From IMG/VR virus record IMGVR_UViG_3300037307_000721: DNA of 64,000 nt; one strand, written 5' to 3'. Origin of the DNA: a virus. Shown here one piece after another: positions 8,646 to 16,823 of this stretch; positions within the stretch are counted from its first letter, which is position 1, and each line of letters starts with the position of its first letter. Position numbers and translations under genes: made by a program. The notes under the pieces are model-generated. The model ran no database searches. It saw only the letters and a program-made list of their open reading frames with translations, and was not told the origin of the DNA.

Positions 8646-8927
8646 ATGCTGACCGCCCTGACCATCATCATCCTGCTCGCCGCCGGCGTGGCCGGCTGGG
8701 GCATGTACCTGCACAGCCAGGCGACCGCGCGGCGGCGCGTCGCCCTGCGCGAGAAGCTCAACCGCCTGGCCGGCGACGGCCCGGGCCTGGCCATGGCGCG
8801 CTTCCAGCGCAGCCTGGAGCGCGCCCGGAGCGAGGAAGCCCTGCGCGCCCGTGGCATCACCCCGGGCGTGGCCCGGGTCCAGCTCGAGCTCGACTCGGCC
8901 GAGTGGGAGAGTAGCCGTGCGCGGTGA
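8646..8927 (+). CDS. Small single-pass membrane protein
   Basis: RBS GGAGGA; N-terminal TM segment. Confidence 0.8.
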   Translation: MLTALTIIILLAAGVAGWGMYLHSQATARRRVALREKLNRLAGDGPGLAMARFQRSLERARSEEALRARGITPGVARVQLELDSAEWESSRAR

Positions 8928-9147
8928 CACCCTGCCCAGAAGCGATACCAGGTGTGGTCCCGAGGCCGTGAGCCCGGAGCCCCCGGCACGCGGCGCGGAA
9001 CAGCCGGCGCCGAGCGAGCTGCGCTCGTTCTGCGAGGCCGTGCAGGAGCTGGCCAGCCGCGACTCGCACAGCCGGCCCCGCTTCGAGCGCATGCTGCTCG
9101 AGTGGGCTCGGTCGCTGCACAACCGCCTGCCCGTGAGCGCGTCATGA
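8917..9147 (+). CDS. Hypothetical protein
   Basis: GTG start after GGGAG, ATGA coupling. Confidence 0.55.
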   Translation: MRGDTLPRSDTRCGPEAVSPEPPARGAEQPAPSELRSFCEAVQELASRDSHSRPRFERMLLEWARSLHNRLPVSAS

Positions 9148-9461
9148 TCCGCACCAGCCTGCTCGTCCTGGGAATGCTGCTCGGCCTGAGCCTAGCCGCC
9201 GGCTGGGCCACGGCCAAGCCGCGTAGCAACTGGGCCAGACACGAGGCGGTCTGCCTGCGCGGCGAGATCGCCGTGTGCGCGCAGCCGGTCAGCCAGCGCT
9301 CGCCCGTGGCCGTCCGACCCTACCGGGTCCAGGGCAGCCGGACCTGGCGCGTGGCCTTCGACATCGAAACCGGCGCGGCGGGAGCCGCGCCCATCTGCTC
9401 GTGCAGCCGGACAGCCGACCGCTCCTCGGTCGTGCTGACCTGCACCTGCACCGGGAGGTAG
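9144..9461 (+). CDS. Small secreted Cys-containing protein
   Basis: Signal peptide (MIRTSLLVLGMLLGLSLAAGWATA), six Cys. Confidence 0.7.
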   Translation: MIRTSLLVLGMLLGLSLAAGWATAKPRSNWARHEAVCLRGEIAVCAQPVSQRSPVAVRPYRVQGSRTWRVAFDIETGAAGAAPICSCSRTADRSSVVLTCTCTGR

Positions 9462-9465
9462 GACC

Positions 9466-9675
9466 ATGAAGACCAAGGCCAACGTCGCAGCCGCGCCGTG
9501 CAAGTGCTCGAGGAGCGCAGCCGGCGAGATCAAGGTGGGGATCGTCGAGCCGGCCCTGGGCCTGCGCCCGGCGCGCATGGTCTGGCTGTCCGCGAACGAG
9601 GTCATCGCCCGCTTCGGCGTCGAGCGCGGCGCCGAGCTGGTCGCCCGGGCTCGCGAGTCCGTCGAGAGCACATAG
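9466..9675 (+). CDS. Hypothetical protein
   Basis: RBS GGAGG/AGGA, codon bias. Confidence 0.7.
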   Translation: MKTKANVAAAPCKCSRSAAGEIKVGIVEPALGLRPARMVWLSANEVIARFGVERGAELVARARESVEST

Positions 9676-9677
9676 CC

Positions 9678-10538
9678 ATGCGAATCATCCGGAACACGCG
9701 CGGAATGAAGTGGGCTGAGCGGGCCTGGGATCCCGTGGTGGGCTGCACCAAGATCAGCCCGGGCTGCAAGAACTGCATGGCGGAGCAGTCGGTGTGCCGC
9801 TGGAACAACGTCCTGTATCCGCCGGGCTTCCACCCGACCGAGTACCCGGACGAGCTGCTCGTGCCGGCACGCGACAAGACCCCACGCAACATACTGGTCG
9901 CGCCGCTCGGCGACCTGTTCCACAAGGACGTCTCGTCGCGCTTCATTCGCCGGGTCATGCGCGTGATGCGAGACACGCCGTGGCACACCTACTACCTACT
10001 GACCAAGCGGGCTGAGCGGATGCACGACCTGCTTTCCTCGCTGAACTTCTGGCCCTTGCCGAACGTGCGAATCGGCACGTCGACCGAGAACCAAGAGTGG
10101 TACGATCGGCGCATCGCTTCGCTCGTAACAACGCCGGTGCATCACAGCTCGTTCCGCTACCTGTCGTGCGAGCCATTGCTCGGGCCCATCGAGCTGGGCG
10201 AGCGCGTGCGGGACATAGGCTGGGTGATCTGTGGTTGCGAGCGCGGTCGCGGCTCGCGCTTGGCAGACGCCGCCTGGTTCGCGGAGCTCAAGCGCCAGTG
10301 CCAGGCAGCCGGCGTCCCGGTCTACCACCACAGGTCCCACGACATCCAGGACTTCAACCGTCCGGGCTGGCTGTGGCAGCGCGCCAAGGCGAACGTGAGC
10401 GCGGCCCCGTGCTCCTGCGAGAACGGCCTGAGCCTGACGTTGCACGTCCCGGAACGCCTGGCGAAGTCGCGCAAAGCCGTGGCCAAAGCCCTCGCCGCCG
10501 CGCGCCCCGACGAGTTCATCAAGCTGCTCGTGCCGTAA
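9678..10538 (+). CDS. DUF5131 (phage Gp37/Gp68) family radical-SAM-like protein
   Basis: WDPVVGCTKISPGCKNCMAE, LLTKRAERM, IGTSTENQ, LSCEPLLG, WVICGCE. Confidence 0.9.
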   Translation: MRIIRNTRGMKWAERAWDPVVGCTKISPGCKNCMAEQSVCRWNNVLYPPGFHPTEYPDELLVPARDKTPRNILVAPLGDLFHKDVSSRFIRRVMRVMRDTPWHTYYLLTKRAERMHDLLSSLNFWPLPNVRIGTSTENQEWYDRRIASLVTTPVHHSSFRYLSCEPLLGPIELGERVRDIGWVICGCERGRGSRLADAAWFAELKRQCQAAGVPVYHHRSHDIQDFNRPGWLWQRAKANVSAAPCSCENGLSLTLHVPERLAKSRKAVAKALAAARPDEFIKLLVP

Positions 10539-10542
10539 GTTC

Positions 10543-10595
10543 TTGACGGTGCGCAACTCAACCTGTATCATGGAAGGCGGGTTGGGAGGGAGGCA
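10543..10595 (+). promoter_or_regulatory. Promoter TTGACG-N17-TATCAT followed by G-run tract
   Basis: Near-consensus boxes; shares layout with 48458 and 57580. Confidence 0.75.
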
Positions 10596-10637
10596 TGTTG
10601 TTGTAGGCTATGCCCCTCTCGCAGCCGCTCCCCGCTC

Positions 10638-10943
10638 ATGAACATCGGCCCCATGCTCGAGGCGCTGCCCGAGCTCCTGCCCTTGCCGTGGCGCAACGGG
10701 ATCTGCGAGGTCAGCCGGGAGCAGGCGCGGCAGCTGCTGCGCAGCCTGGCGCCAGGTGCAGGATTCCCTCGGCCGGGTTGGGAGGTCTGCCTGGTGGTGG
10801 AGGAGTCTGGAAGCTGGCGCAGCTCGGTCTGGCTGGTGAACCAGGCGCATCCGGCGAACCTGGAGTTCATCCTGGGGCTGGGCGTTGCCAAGAGCCCCTT
10901 CTACCTGCGCCTCGACTGGCGCAGCATCGTGAGGTTCACATGA
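10638..10943 (+). CDS. Hypothetical protein
   Basis: Codon bias; ATGA coupling. Confidence 0.65.
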   Translation: MNIGPMLEALPELLPLPWRNGICEVSREQARQLLRSLAPGAGFPRPGWEVCLVVEESGSWRSSVWLVNQAHPANLEFILGLGVAKSPFYLRLDWRSIVRFT

Positions 10944-11389
10944 TGACCAGCAAGAGCAAGCACCCCTTCGACTCGGCGCCGCTCGGCACGCCGGCCCTCG
11001 AGGTCTGCGCGGCCTGCGGTCAGGAGACGGGCAGCGTACTGCTCAAGACGCGGGGGCGCATCGGCGGCCAGGACTACTCGGGTCCACACCACGTGGCGAT
11101 GGAATCGTCGCGCTGCGAGTTCTGCCGCTTCCTCGAGATCTGGTGCGCGTCCGAGAAGCACGACCCCAAGACCATGGGCAAGGTCGGGGCGGCCAAGATC
11201 GTCGAGGGCAGCGGCGCGAGCGAGCGCCTGGTCGCGTTCGTGCCCTTCACCGAGCACGAGGACCTGAACAAGACGCTCGCCGATGGCACGCCGTTCACGT
11301 TCCAGCACGGCATGGTCATCAGGGCGTCGCGCGACGGCGACGACTCGACCCGCTTCAGCCTGGTCGAGATCGTCAAGCCGGGCGTGTGA
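10940..11389 (+). CDS. Hypothetical protein with CxxC...CxxC Zn motif
   Basis: RBS GAGG, ATGA overlap. Confidence 0.8.
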   Translation: MMTSKSKHPFDSAPLGTPALEVCAACGQETGSVLLKTRGRIGGQDYSGPHHVAMESSRCEFCRFLEIWCASEKHDPKTMGKVGAAKIVEGSGASERLVAFVPFTEHEDLNKTLADGTPFTFQHGMVIRASRDGDDSTRFSLVEIVKPGV

Positions 11390-11392
11390 CTT

Positions 11393-11842
11393 GTGGCGCT
11401 CAGACCGTCCACCGTGGCGCGCCGGCTGGCGCGACTGCACGAGGCACACGAGCAGCGCATCGAGGCCCTGGCCGCGAAGGCGCGCGCCGAGATCGTCATC
11501 CCGTTCTGCGACCGGCATGGCGTGTGGTTCGTGTCCGGGATGGGCGTGTGGTCCTTCGAGAAGCTGCTCGGCAAGCCCATCAAGCCCGGCGAGCCCGGCG
11601 AGCCCGGGGACCGGATCACCAGCCTGGACTGGGACCAGTTCATGGACGAGGGCTTCGCCGCGACCGACTCCGAGTTCCCCGAGGACCGGGAGTGGGTGGA
11701 GCAGCGACGCCCGCCGGAGGGCTACGCAGCCGTCCGCGAAGTCGTCGAGCTCGAGGTGCCAGGAACCCAAGCCTGGGGCGGAGTGACCGGAACGCTCGGC
11801 CTCTACATGGAGGATTACAAGCCATGCTCACCGACGGACTGA
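11393..11842 (+). CDS. Hypothetical protein
   Basis: GTG start, codon bias. Confidence 0.7.
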   Translation: MALRPSTVARRLARLHEAHEQRIEALAAKARAEIVIPFCDRHGVWFVSGMGVWSFEKLLGKPIKPGEPGEPGDRITSLDWDQFMDEGFAATDSEFPEDREWVEQRRPPEGYAAVREVVELEVPGTQAWGGVTGTLGLYMEDYKPCSPTD

Positions 11843-12156
11843 TCAGCCAGGTGCAAGTCGCAACTGGAACATTGGAAGCAACCTTGACACTTCTGCTCGT
11901 CTCGGCCATGCTGCTCATCGGAGGGGCCGTGATGATCGGCCTGGTGGGCTACGCCCAGAGCTGCATCGCCTGGCGCTGGGTGGACTGGCAGGAGGACCGG
12001 CGAGACGAGCACCGCTACTACCTGCTGGACGCCCTGCGCAGGATGCAGGGCCTCGGGCTCAGCCCACACGTCATCATCCGGCTGGCCCTCCACGAGGCGC
12101 AGCAGCGCAGCACGTTACCCTCCGCCAGGGGCTGGCTGTTCGCCAAGTCGCAGTGA
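11824..12156 (+). CDS. Hypothetical membrane protein
   Basis: RBS GGAGG, long hydrophobic segment. Confidence 0.65.
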   Translation: MLTDGLISQVQVATGTLEATLTLLLVSAMLLIGGAVMIGLVGYAQSCIAWRWVDWQEDRRDEHRYYLLDALRRMQGLGLSPHVIIRLALHEAQQRSTLPSARGWLFAKSQ

Positions 12157-12196
12157 CGATAAGGCGGGTGCTGGAATCATTGGGTTTTTCGAGGGA

Positions 12197-12245
12197 GCTA
12201 AGTACTTGATCTCGATCATCGCTGGAGCGTAACAAGTACTTGTTA
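12197..12245. promoter_or_regulatory. Operator-like 16-bp perfect palindrome TAACAAGTACTTGTTA (12230-12245) with second AAGTACTT core at 12200-12207
   Basis: AT-rich intergenic gap; read directly. Confidence 0.6.
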
Positions 12246-12314
12246 TCACACGTCAACCCCCGTGAAATTCCCTTACCTTCCACGAAAACTCGAGATCTCT
12301 AGGAGTACAAGCTC

Positions 12315-12881
12315 ATGGTCGGTATGCCCAGCAGCATAGACCAAGCCGTCGCAGCGGTAGCCCCCATCATCGAGCACGCCCAGCGCATCCTGGAGCGGTG
12401 CCGCGAGGACGGCGACTTCCCGCCGACCTTCTTCGTGTTCACGGCGCACCGCGGCGTGGACATCATCGGCATGGAGTGGGAGAGCCCGGACGCCAAGGAC
12501 CGCGCCGCGGTCGCCATGCGCCTGATGGCCGTGGCCGCCCAGCCGCTCGGCCTGTGGGGCGTCATGCTCATCACGGACAGCCGGGTGTGGGAGGTCAACG
12601 TCAACCAGATCGCGGCGGCCACCGGTCGCACCGTGGAGTGGGTCGAGCAGCTGCTCCGGGACGAGCCGGACGAGATCCGCCGGTTCGTCAAGCCGACCGA
12701 CTGCCTGCTCGTCTCGCTCGAGACCTACCTCGGCGACTACCAGGTGCAGCTCAAGTACGACCGCCTCGAGGATGGCCGGGTCGCCTGGCACGCGCCGGAC
12801 GTCAAGCCCCCGAGCCAGCAGAGCGAGGGCCGCTTCGTGAACATCCTGCCGCCGCTGCCCAGCACGGGAGCTCAGGCATGA
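12315..12881 (+). CDS. Hypothetical protein
   Basis: RBS AGGAG, codon bias. Confidence 0.8.
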   Translation: MVGMPSSIDQAVAAVAPIIEHAQRILERCREDGDFPPTFFVFTAHRGVDIIGMEWESPDAKDRAAVAMRLMAVAAQPLGLWGVMLITDSRVWEVNVNQIAAATGRTVEWVEQLLRDEPDEIRRFVKPTDCLLVSLETYLGDYQVQLKYDRLEDGRVAWHAPDVKPPSQQSEGRFVNILPPLPSTGAQA

Positions 12882-13144
12882 GCCGGAGCCTGTACGGCGG
12901 GGGCTGCTCGTTCGGCCCGGGCATCGAGGTCTCGATGGGCGAGGTCCACAAGGGCTTCGCCGGCACCTGGTGGCGCCACGACGTGGTGCGCCTGCACGGC
13001 CAGGAGATCGGCCGCTTCCAGGTGCGTCGGCTCTGGCACGGCAAGCGGATCGGGCACCGCATCGAGTGCATCACGCTCGACATGGGCAGCGCCGCCGTGA
13101 TGGGAGCCCAGCTCGACTGGCTCGTGCGGAGGGCGCAGCCATGA
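12878..13144 (+). CDS. Hypothetical protein
   Basis: ATGA coupling. Confidence 0.7.
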   Translation: MSRSLYGGGCSFGPGIEVSMGEVHKGFAGTWWRHDVVRLHGQEIGRFQVRRLWHGKRIGHRIECITLDMGSAAVMGAQLDWLVRRAQP

Positions 13145-13332
13145 TGAGCAACAAGCGCTGCCGCGAGATCCTCGCAAAGCACGAGCTGCCCGAGCCGCCA
13201 GCCGGCGAGCTCACCGACGTGCGGTGGATGGCCTACGGCAACGAGTGGTACATCGAGATGGTGGGCGGCTGGGTGTACTGGCTCGACCCCCGCGACCGAA
13301 CCTGGAAGCGCACGATAGGAATCCACCCATGA
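13141..13332 (+). CDS. Hypothetical protein
   Basis: RBS GGAGG, ATGA coupling. Confidence 0.7.
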   Translation: MMSNKRCREILAKHELPEPPAGELTDVRWMAYGNEWYIEMVGGWVYWLDPRDRTWKRTIGIHP

Positions 13333-13703
13333 GCGGCTTGCTCCCCATCACCCCGCAGCTCGTCCGGGTCAAGCTCTGGCGTGCGCAGGTCGGGCAGGTC
13401 GAGGGCGTGGACGTCAGCCGGAAGTCGGCCGGCCCCCTCGGCCTGCCCTTCGCCCCGCCCTGGGACCTGGTGATGGGCTCGAAGCAGGGGCGCATCGACT
13501 GGACCGAGTACCGCGGGCGCTACCTGCAACAGCTCGTTGCCATCGGGAGCGGGCCGGTCGCCGCCCTGCACGAGGAGGGCGTGCGCCAAGGCGGCGAGCT
13601 CTGCCTGCTCTGCTACTGCCGGGACGGCGCGCGTTGCCACACGACGCTGCTCATCGAGTACCTGGCCATGTGCTACCTGATGCACTTCGAGGTGAAGCTG
13701 TGA
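13329..13703 (+). CDS. DUF488-like protein
   Basis: APPWDL...W-x-EY-x2-RY...LCLLCYC-x5-CH layout. Confidence 0.7.
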   Translation: MSGLLPITPQLVRVKLWRAQVGQVEGVDVSRKSAGPLGLPFAPPWDLVMGSKQGRIDWTEYRGRYLQQLVAIGSGPVAALHEEGVRQGGELCLLCYCRDGARCHTTLLIEYLAMCYLMHFEVKL

Positions 13704-13924
13704 GCGACGAGCACTGCTACTGGACGATCGACGGCGTGCCGGCGTGCTCGAGCCCCCACACCTGGGGGCCGGACATCGACCCGCCGTTCGCCTGCGCCGG
13801 CTCGAGGCGCGTGCTCGAGCGCATGGTGCAGCGCTTCGAGGTCTTGCGCCCGGGGCACGTGGTGGAGATCAAGCCGGGGCGCTGCCCGGAGGGCGGCCTC
13901 GGCCGCGAGGGGAAGTGGTCATGA
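13700..13924 (+). CDS. Hypothetical protein
   Basis: GTGA coupling, RBS GAGG. Confidence 0.7.
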   Translation: MSDEHCYWTIDGVPACSSPHTWGPDIDPPFACAGSRRVLERMVQRFEVLRPGHVVEIKPGRCPEGGLGREGKWS

Positions 13925-14493
13925 CCAGCAAGTACGACCCCGAGCACGAGCCCGAGAAGTACTGGGCCATCAGCTGGCTCTGCGAGGCGTGCTTCGCCGA
14001 GGGCGACAACGCCGAGTGGCAGCTCGCCGAGGGCAAGTGCCCCAAGTGCGGGAGCGAGAAGGTCGGGCGCACGGCGTCCGTGCTCAGGCACGTGCAGACC
14101 GGGGAGATCATCTGGGGCGGGGACTACTGGTGCGACTGCTGCGCCGACTCGCTGCTGCCCGGCGTGCTCTTCCCGTGGGACGAGGACGTCGGCCACGCCG
14201 GCGTCGAGAAGTGCGACACCTGCCAGATCTACCAGTACGACGACGACGCAGCCGCGGCGCTCGCTAAGCTGCTCGGCCCGGAGTACGAGGTGCATTCGTA
14301 CCAGGTGTTCGAAGACCCGAATGCGGCGGGCGCGTTCCGCTTCGCCGTCTTCCCAGCCGGCCCGGGCAAGGCGCCGCTCACGTTCGACGAGGGGCGCGCG
14401 CTCTGGTACCGGGTGGCCGAGAGCCGGATCAAGCCCAAGCCGACACTGCCCGTGCGGCGTCTGCCTGAGCTCAAGGCTCGGACCAAGGAGTAG
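13921..14493 (+). CDS. Hypothetical Cys-rich (Zn-ribbon) protein
   Basis: Multiple CxxC; ATGA coupling. Confidence 0.75.
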   Translation: MTSKYDPEHEPEKYWAISWLCEACFAEGDNAEWQLAEGKCPKCGSEKVGRTASVLRHVQTGEIIWGGDYWCDCCADSLLPGVLFPWDEDVGHAGVEKCDTCQIYQYDDDAAAALAKLLGPEYEVHSYQVFEDPNAAGAFRFAVFPAGPGKAPLTFDEGRALWYRVAESRIKPKPTLPVRRLPELKARTKE

Positions 14494-14497
14494 AGCC

Positions 14498-14794
14498 ATG
14501 CCGTGCGACACCCGCTACATCCAGGAGCAGCAGCGCAAGGAGCGCGAGGCCGCGCTCGCCGAGCTCCAGCGCCAGATCCAGCAGGGCAAGATCATCCTGG
14601 AGAAGGCGCCCAACGGGCAGGTCCGCATCCGCAACTGGGGCGAGACGGTGACCGCGAAGTCCGGCTGGCACGAGAGCTGTGTGCTCGACAAGATTGCTCG
14701 GTCGGGCAACTGGCTCATCAAGGCCAAGCTCAAGGCACTGGGTATCGACGCGAAAGCATTGATAGAACAGCACGCGGCCAACCACAGGCGTTGA
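14498..14794 (+). CDS. Small MPCDT-type protein, probable partner of the AAA+ ATPase; 3' end recoded by HNH cassette
   Basis: RBS AAGGAG; codon usage changes after ~14690; paralogous tail at 15819-15935. Confidence 0.8.
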   Translation: MPCDTRYIQEQQRKEREAALAELQRQIQQGKIILEKAPNGQVRIRNWGETVTAKSGWHESCVLDKIARSGNWLIKAKLKALGIDAKALIEQHAANHRR

Positions 14795-14821
14795 CATAGC
14801 AACCGACTTTCACGTACTGTA
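14792..14821 (+). promoter_or_regulatory. Promoter TTGACA-N18-TACTGT built on the upstream stop codon
   Basis: Read directly. Confidence 0.6.
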
Positions 14822-14833
14822 TCAGTATGCGAG

Positions 14834-14992
14834 ATGGCCATGACGAAGAAGCGCGACGACGAGAAAGCATTGCCGGTCTGTCATTGCGAACGTTGCGGAC
14901 ACGACTGGCGCCAGCGCAAGCCGGGCAAGCCGGTGCGCTGCCCCCGTTGCGGAAGTCCCTACTGGCAGACGCGGCCTCGCTCGCCACGTTGA
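14834..14992 (+). CDS. 52-aa Zn-ribbon protein (CERCGHDW...RCPRCGSPYW); below ORF-track cutoff
   Basis: Translated by hand; CxxC-x17-CxxC. Confidence 0.75.
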   Translation: MAMTKKRDDEKALPVCHCERCGHDWRQRKPGKPVRCPRCGSPYWQTRPRSPR

Positions 14993-15822
14993 GAGCACAG
15001 GTGCTTGCGCGACGTGGGCTCGCGCTCGAACCATGGTTCTGGCGGCAAGTGCAGAGGCGCGGCGAGTGCTGGTTGTTCCGACCAGATGGCAAAGGCGATC
15101 GATACAGCCGCGTGTATGTAGACACCGGCGATGATCCAACCAGCATGCCGGCGCATCGATTGGCCTATGCCCTGGTCTACGGCCCGGTGCCGGTCGAATT
15201 GTACGTCTGCCACGAGTGCAATGTGAAGCGCTGCGTGCGCCCTAGCCATCTCTACTTGGCAACAGCGCGGCAAAACACATTGGATGCGCTTCGTGACGGT
15301 CTCATGCCACACGGCGAGTCGCATGGCATGGCGCGCCTGACACTCAAGCAAGTGCGCTGGGTGCGACGGATGTACAACATCGGTGAATTGAGCACGGTTG
15401 GGCTAGCCGAGAAGTTGGGGACCACACATGGCGTGATCTCCAACATTCTGCGTGGCGTGACTTGGGCTTTCGACTTGCAAACCGATGGGCATGCGGATCG
15501 TCGTGTTTCGAGCTTCGCGCCGCGGCGAAAAATCGATCCCGAGCGCAAGCTCTTGGCTGCGCAACTTTACCTCGGTGGACTCCGAGCCGCCGAGGTAGCC
15601 GAGGAGCTCGACGAATCCGAAGGGCTCGTGAAGACGTGGCTGCGCGATGTGGGTGCTAGAAAGGACCGTTGGGCGAAGCCTGATGAGCTCGTGCTGGCCG
15701 AGCGGCTGTATTGGGCTGGCGTAAGCACCAACGAGATCGGCCGGCGCTTGGCGCGCAGCCAGGGCACGATCAAGTATTGGGTATTCATCCACGGATGGAA
15801 ACGGCGGAAGGCGGATCGGTGA
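14989..15822 (+). CDS. HNH endonuclease with C-terminal HTH-like repeats
   Basis: FWRQV..CW..AHRLAY..VCHECN..CVRPSHL..N; TTG start overlapping upstream TGA (start uncertain). Confidence 0.85.
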   Translation: MRAQVLARRGLALEPWFWRQVQRRGECWLFRPDGKGDRYSRVYVDTGDDPTSMPAHRLAYALVYGPVPVELYVCHECNVKRCVRPSHLYLATARQNTLDALRDGLMPHGESHGMARLTLKQVRWVRRMYNIGELSTVGLAEKLGTTHGVISNILRGVTWAFDLQTDGHADRRVSSFAPRRKIDPERKLLAAQLYLGGLRAAEVAEELDESEGLVKTWLRDVGARKDRWAKPDELVLAERLYWAGVSTNEIGRRLARSQGTIKYWVFIHGWKRRKADR

Positions 15823-15935
15823 CCATTACCTTCAGGTGTGGCACGTGGCTCGCGAAGCAGCGGCTCGAGGCCATGCTCAAGCCGTTGGGCATGAAGCCGA
15901 AGGACCTCATCGCCGCCCACGGACACGAGCACTAG
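15819..15935 (+). pseudogene. Stranded original 3' end of the 14498 gene
   Basis: RCGTWLAKQRLEAMLKPLGMKPKDLIAAHGHEH aligns with RSGNWLIKAKLKALGIDAKALIEQHAANH. Confidence 0.75.
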
Positions 15936-15938
15936 GAC

Positions 15939-16241
15939 ATGGCCATGGACCTGCACATTCATCGACAGCGGCACACGAAGTGGAACTCCTGGTGGCTGCT
16001 CGACGCCAAGGGTATCCCCCTTTGCCGAGTCTGCCCGGAGTGCCTTGCCGCAGCCCGGGCGCAATACGCCCCCGAGGTTCTCGGGGAACGTGGCCGGTAC
16101 GAAGACCTGGTCGCGCGGACTGTCGCCGTTCATCCTTGGACCCTGCGAGCTCTGGGGCGGGCGCGTCTCGAAGAACATGGAGAACGCCTGGCAATACTCC
16201 AAGGTCTACGGCGAGTTCCTGCGCCCCCGGGTGCCGGGTGA
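15939..16241 (+). CDS. Small phage protein (WLLDAKGIPLCRVCPEC); 3' half probably read-through
   Basis: RBS AGGA; N-terminal half looks like a real phage domain. Confidence 0.55.
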   Translation: MAMDLHIHRQRHTKWNSWWLLDAKGIPLCRVCPECLAAARAQYAPEVLGERGRYEDLVARTVAVHPWTLRALGRARLEEHGERLAILQGLRRVPAPPGAG

Positions 16242-16650
16242 CTCGCTCGGGCCACACGACATGGGCATGGCCATCGACCTACCTCGTTGGCTTGAGTGGG
16301 CCACGGCTGGCTGGGCCAAGTCGCGGGCCGATCGCTACCCGATGGGCAGGGGCAGGACGCCGGCCTTCTCCTACTGGGACGGCATGCACTTCGGCTACAT
16401 CGAGGCGCGAGCCAAGATCTACGTACCGCTCTATTGGAATGCTGCGCGTGGAACCGACGCCTGGCAGCTTCTCGTTGGCGCGTGCCGGGTGGCAGAGAGC
16501 GCGAGGCAGGACCTCGTGCTGCGCGACTTCGACGGCTACGACCACCGGGCGCTGGGCATGTCGCTGATCGACGTGCTCAACAGCCCAGGTCGCAAGATGG
16601 GCCATGCCTTCGTGCTGGCCATGATGCTCAAGGAGCTGGGGATCGAATGA
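16090..16650 (+). CDS. Hypothetical protein, LSPF...ENAWQYSKVY family (DUF6939/NADAR-like, tentative)
   Basis: LSPFILGP, NMENAWQYSKVY, RYPMG, YIEAR..IYVPLY, DFDG, GHAFVL; GTG start uncertain. Confidence 0.7.
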   Translation: MAGTKTWSRGLSPFILGPCELWGGRVSKNMENAWQYSKVYGEFLRPRVPGDSLGPHDMGMAIDLPRWLEWATAGWAKSRADRYPMGRGRTPAFSYWDGMHFGYIEARAKIYVPLYWNAARGTDAWQLLVGACRVAESARQDLVLRDFDGYDHRALGMSLIDVLNSPGRKMGHAFVLAMMLKELGIE

Positions 16651-16823
16651 GCCCGGAAACCGACTACTGGGAAGAGGACCCGGACTATCCGGTCGCCGAC
16701 TGGAAGTACGAAGTCGCCAACGGCAACACCAGAATGGGCTACTGGGAGTGGGTCGAGTGCAACCGAGACGGGGAAGCGGCCGATGAGGCCGAGTCCGAGT
16801 CCGCGATCGGGGATCAGCCATGA
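16647..16823 (+). CDS. Small acidic phage protein (DWKYEVANGNTRMGYWEWV)
   Basis: ATGA coupling on both sides. Confidence 0.75.
   Translation: MSPETDYWEEDPDYPVADWKYEVANGNTRMGYWEWVECNRDGEAADEAESESAIGDQP

Larger units (their letters stand above)
14690..15830 (+). mobile_element. HNH homing-endonuclease cassette 1 (replacement 3' gene end + promoter + Zn ribbon + HNH)
   Basis: Lower-GC segment flanked by two versions of the same gene tail; boundaries approximate. Confidence 0.75.

Noticed and set aside
10610-10640. Possible C-run indel joining ATG 10610 to the 10638 gene
   Set aside because: It would add only nine residues and the gene has a usable ATG; insufficient evidence.
11585-11611. PGEPGEPGD collagen-like repeat
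   Set aside because: Only three 9-bp units; a simple local duplication.
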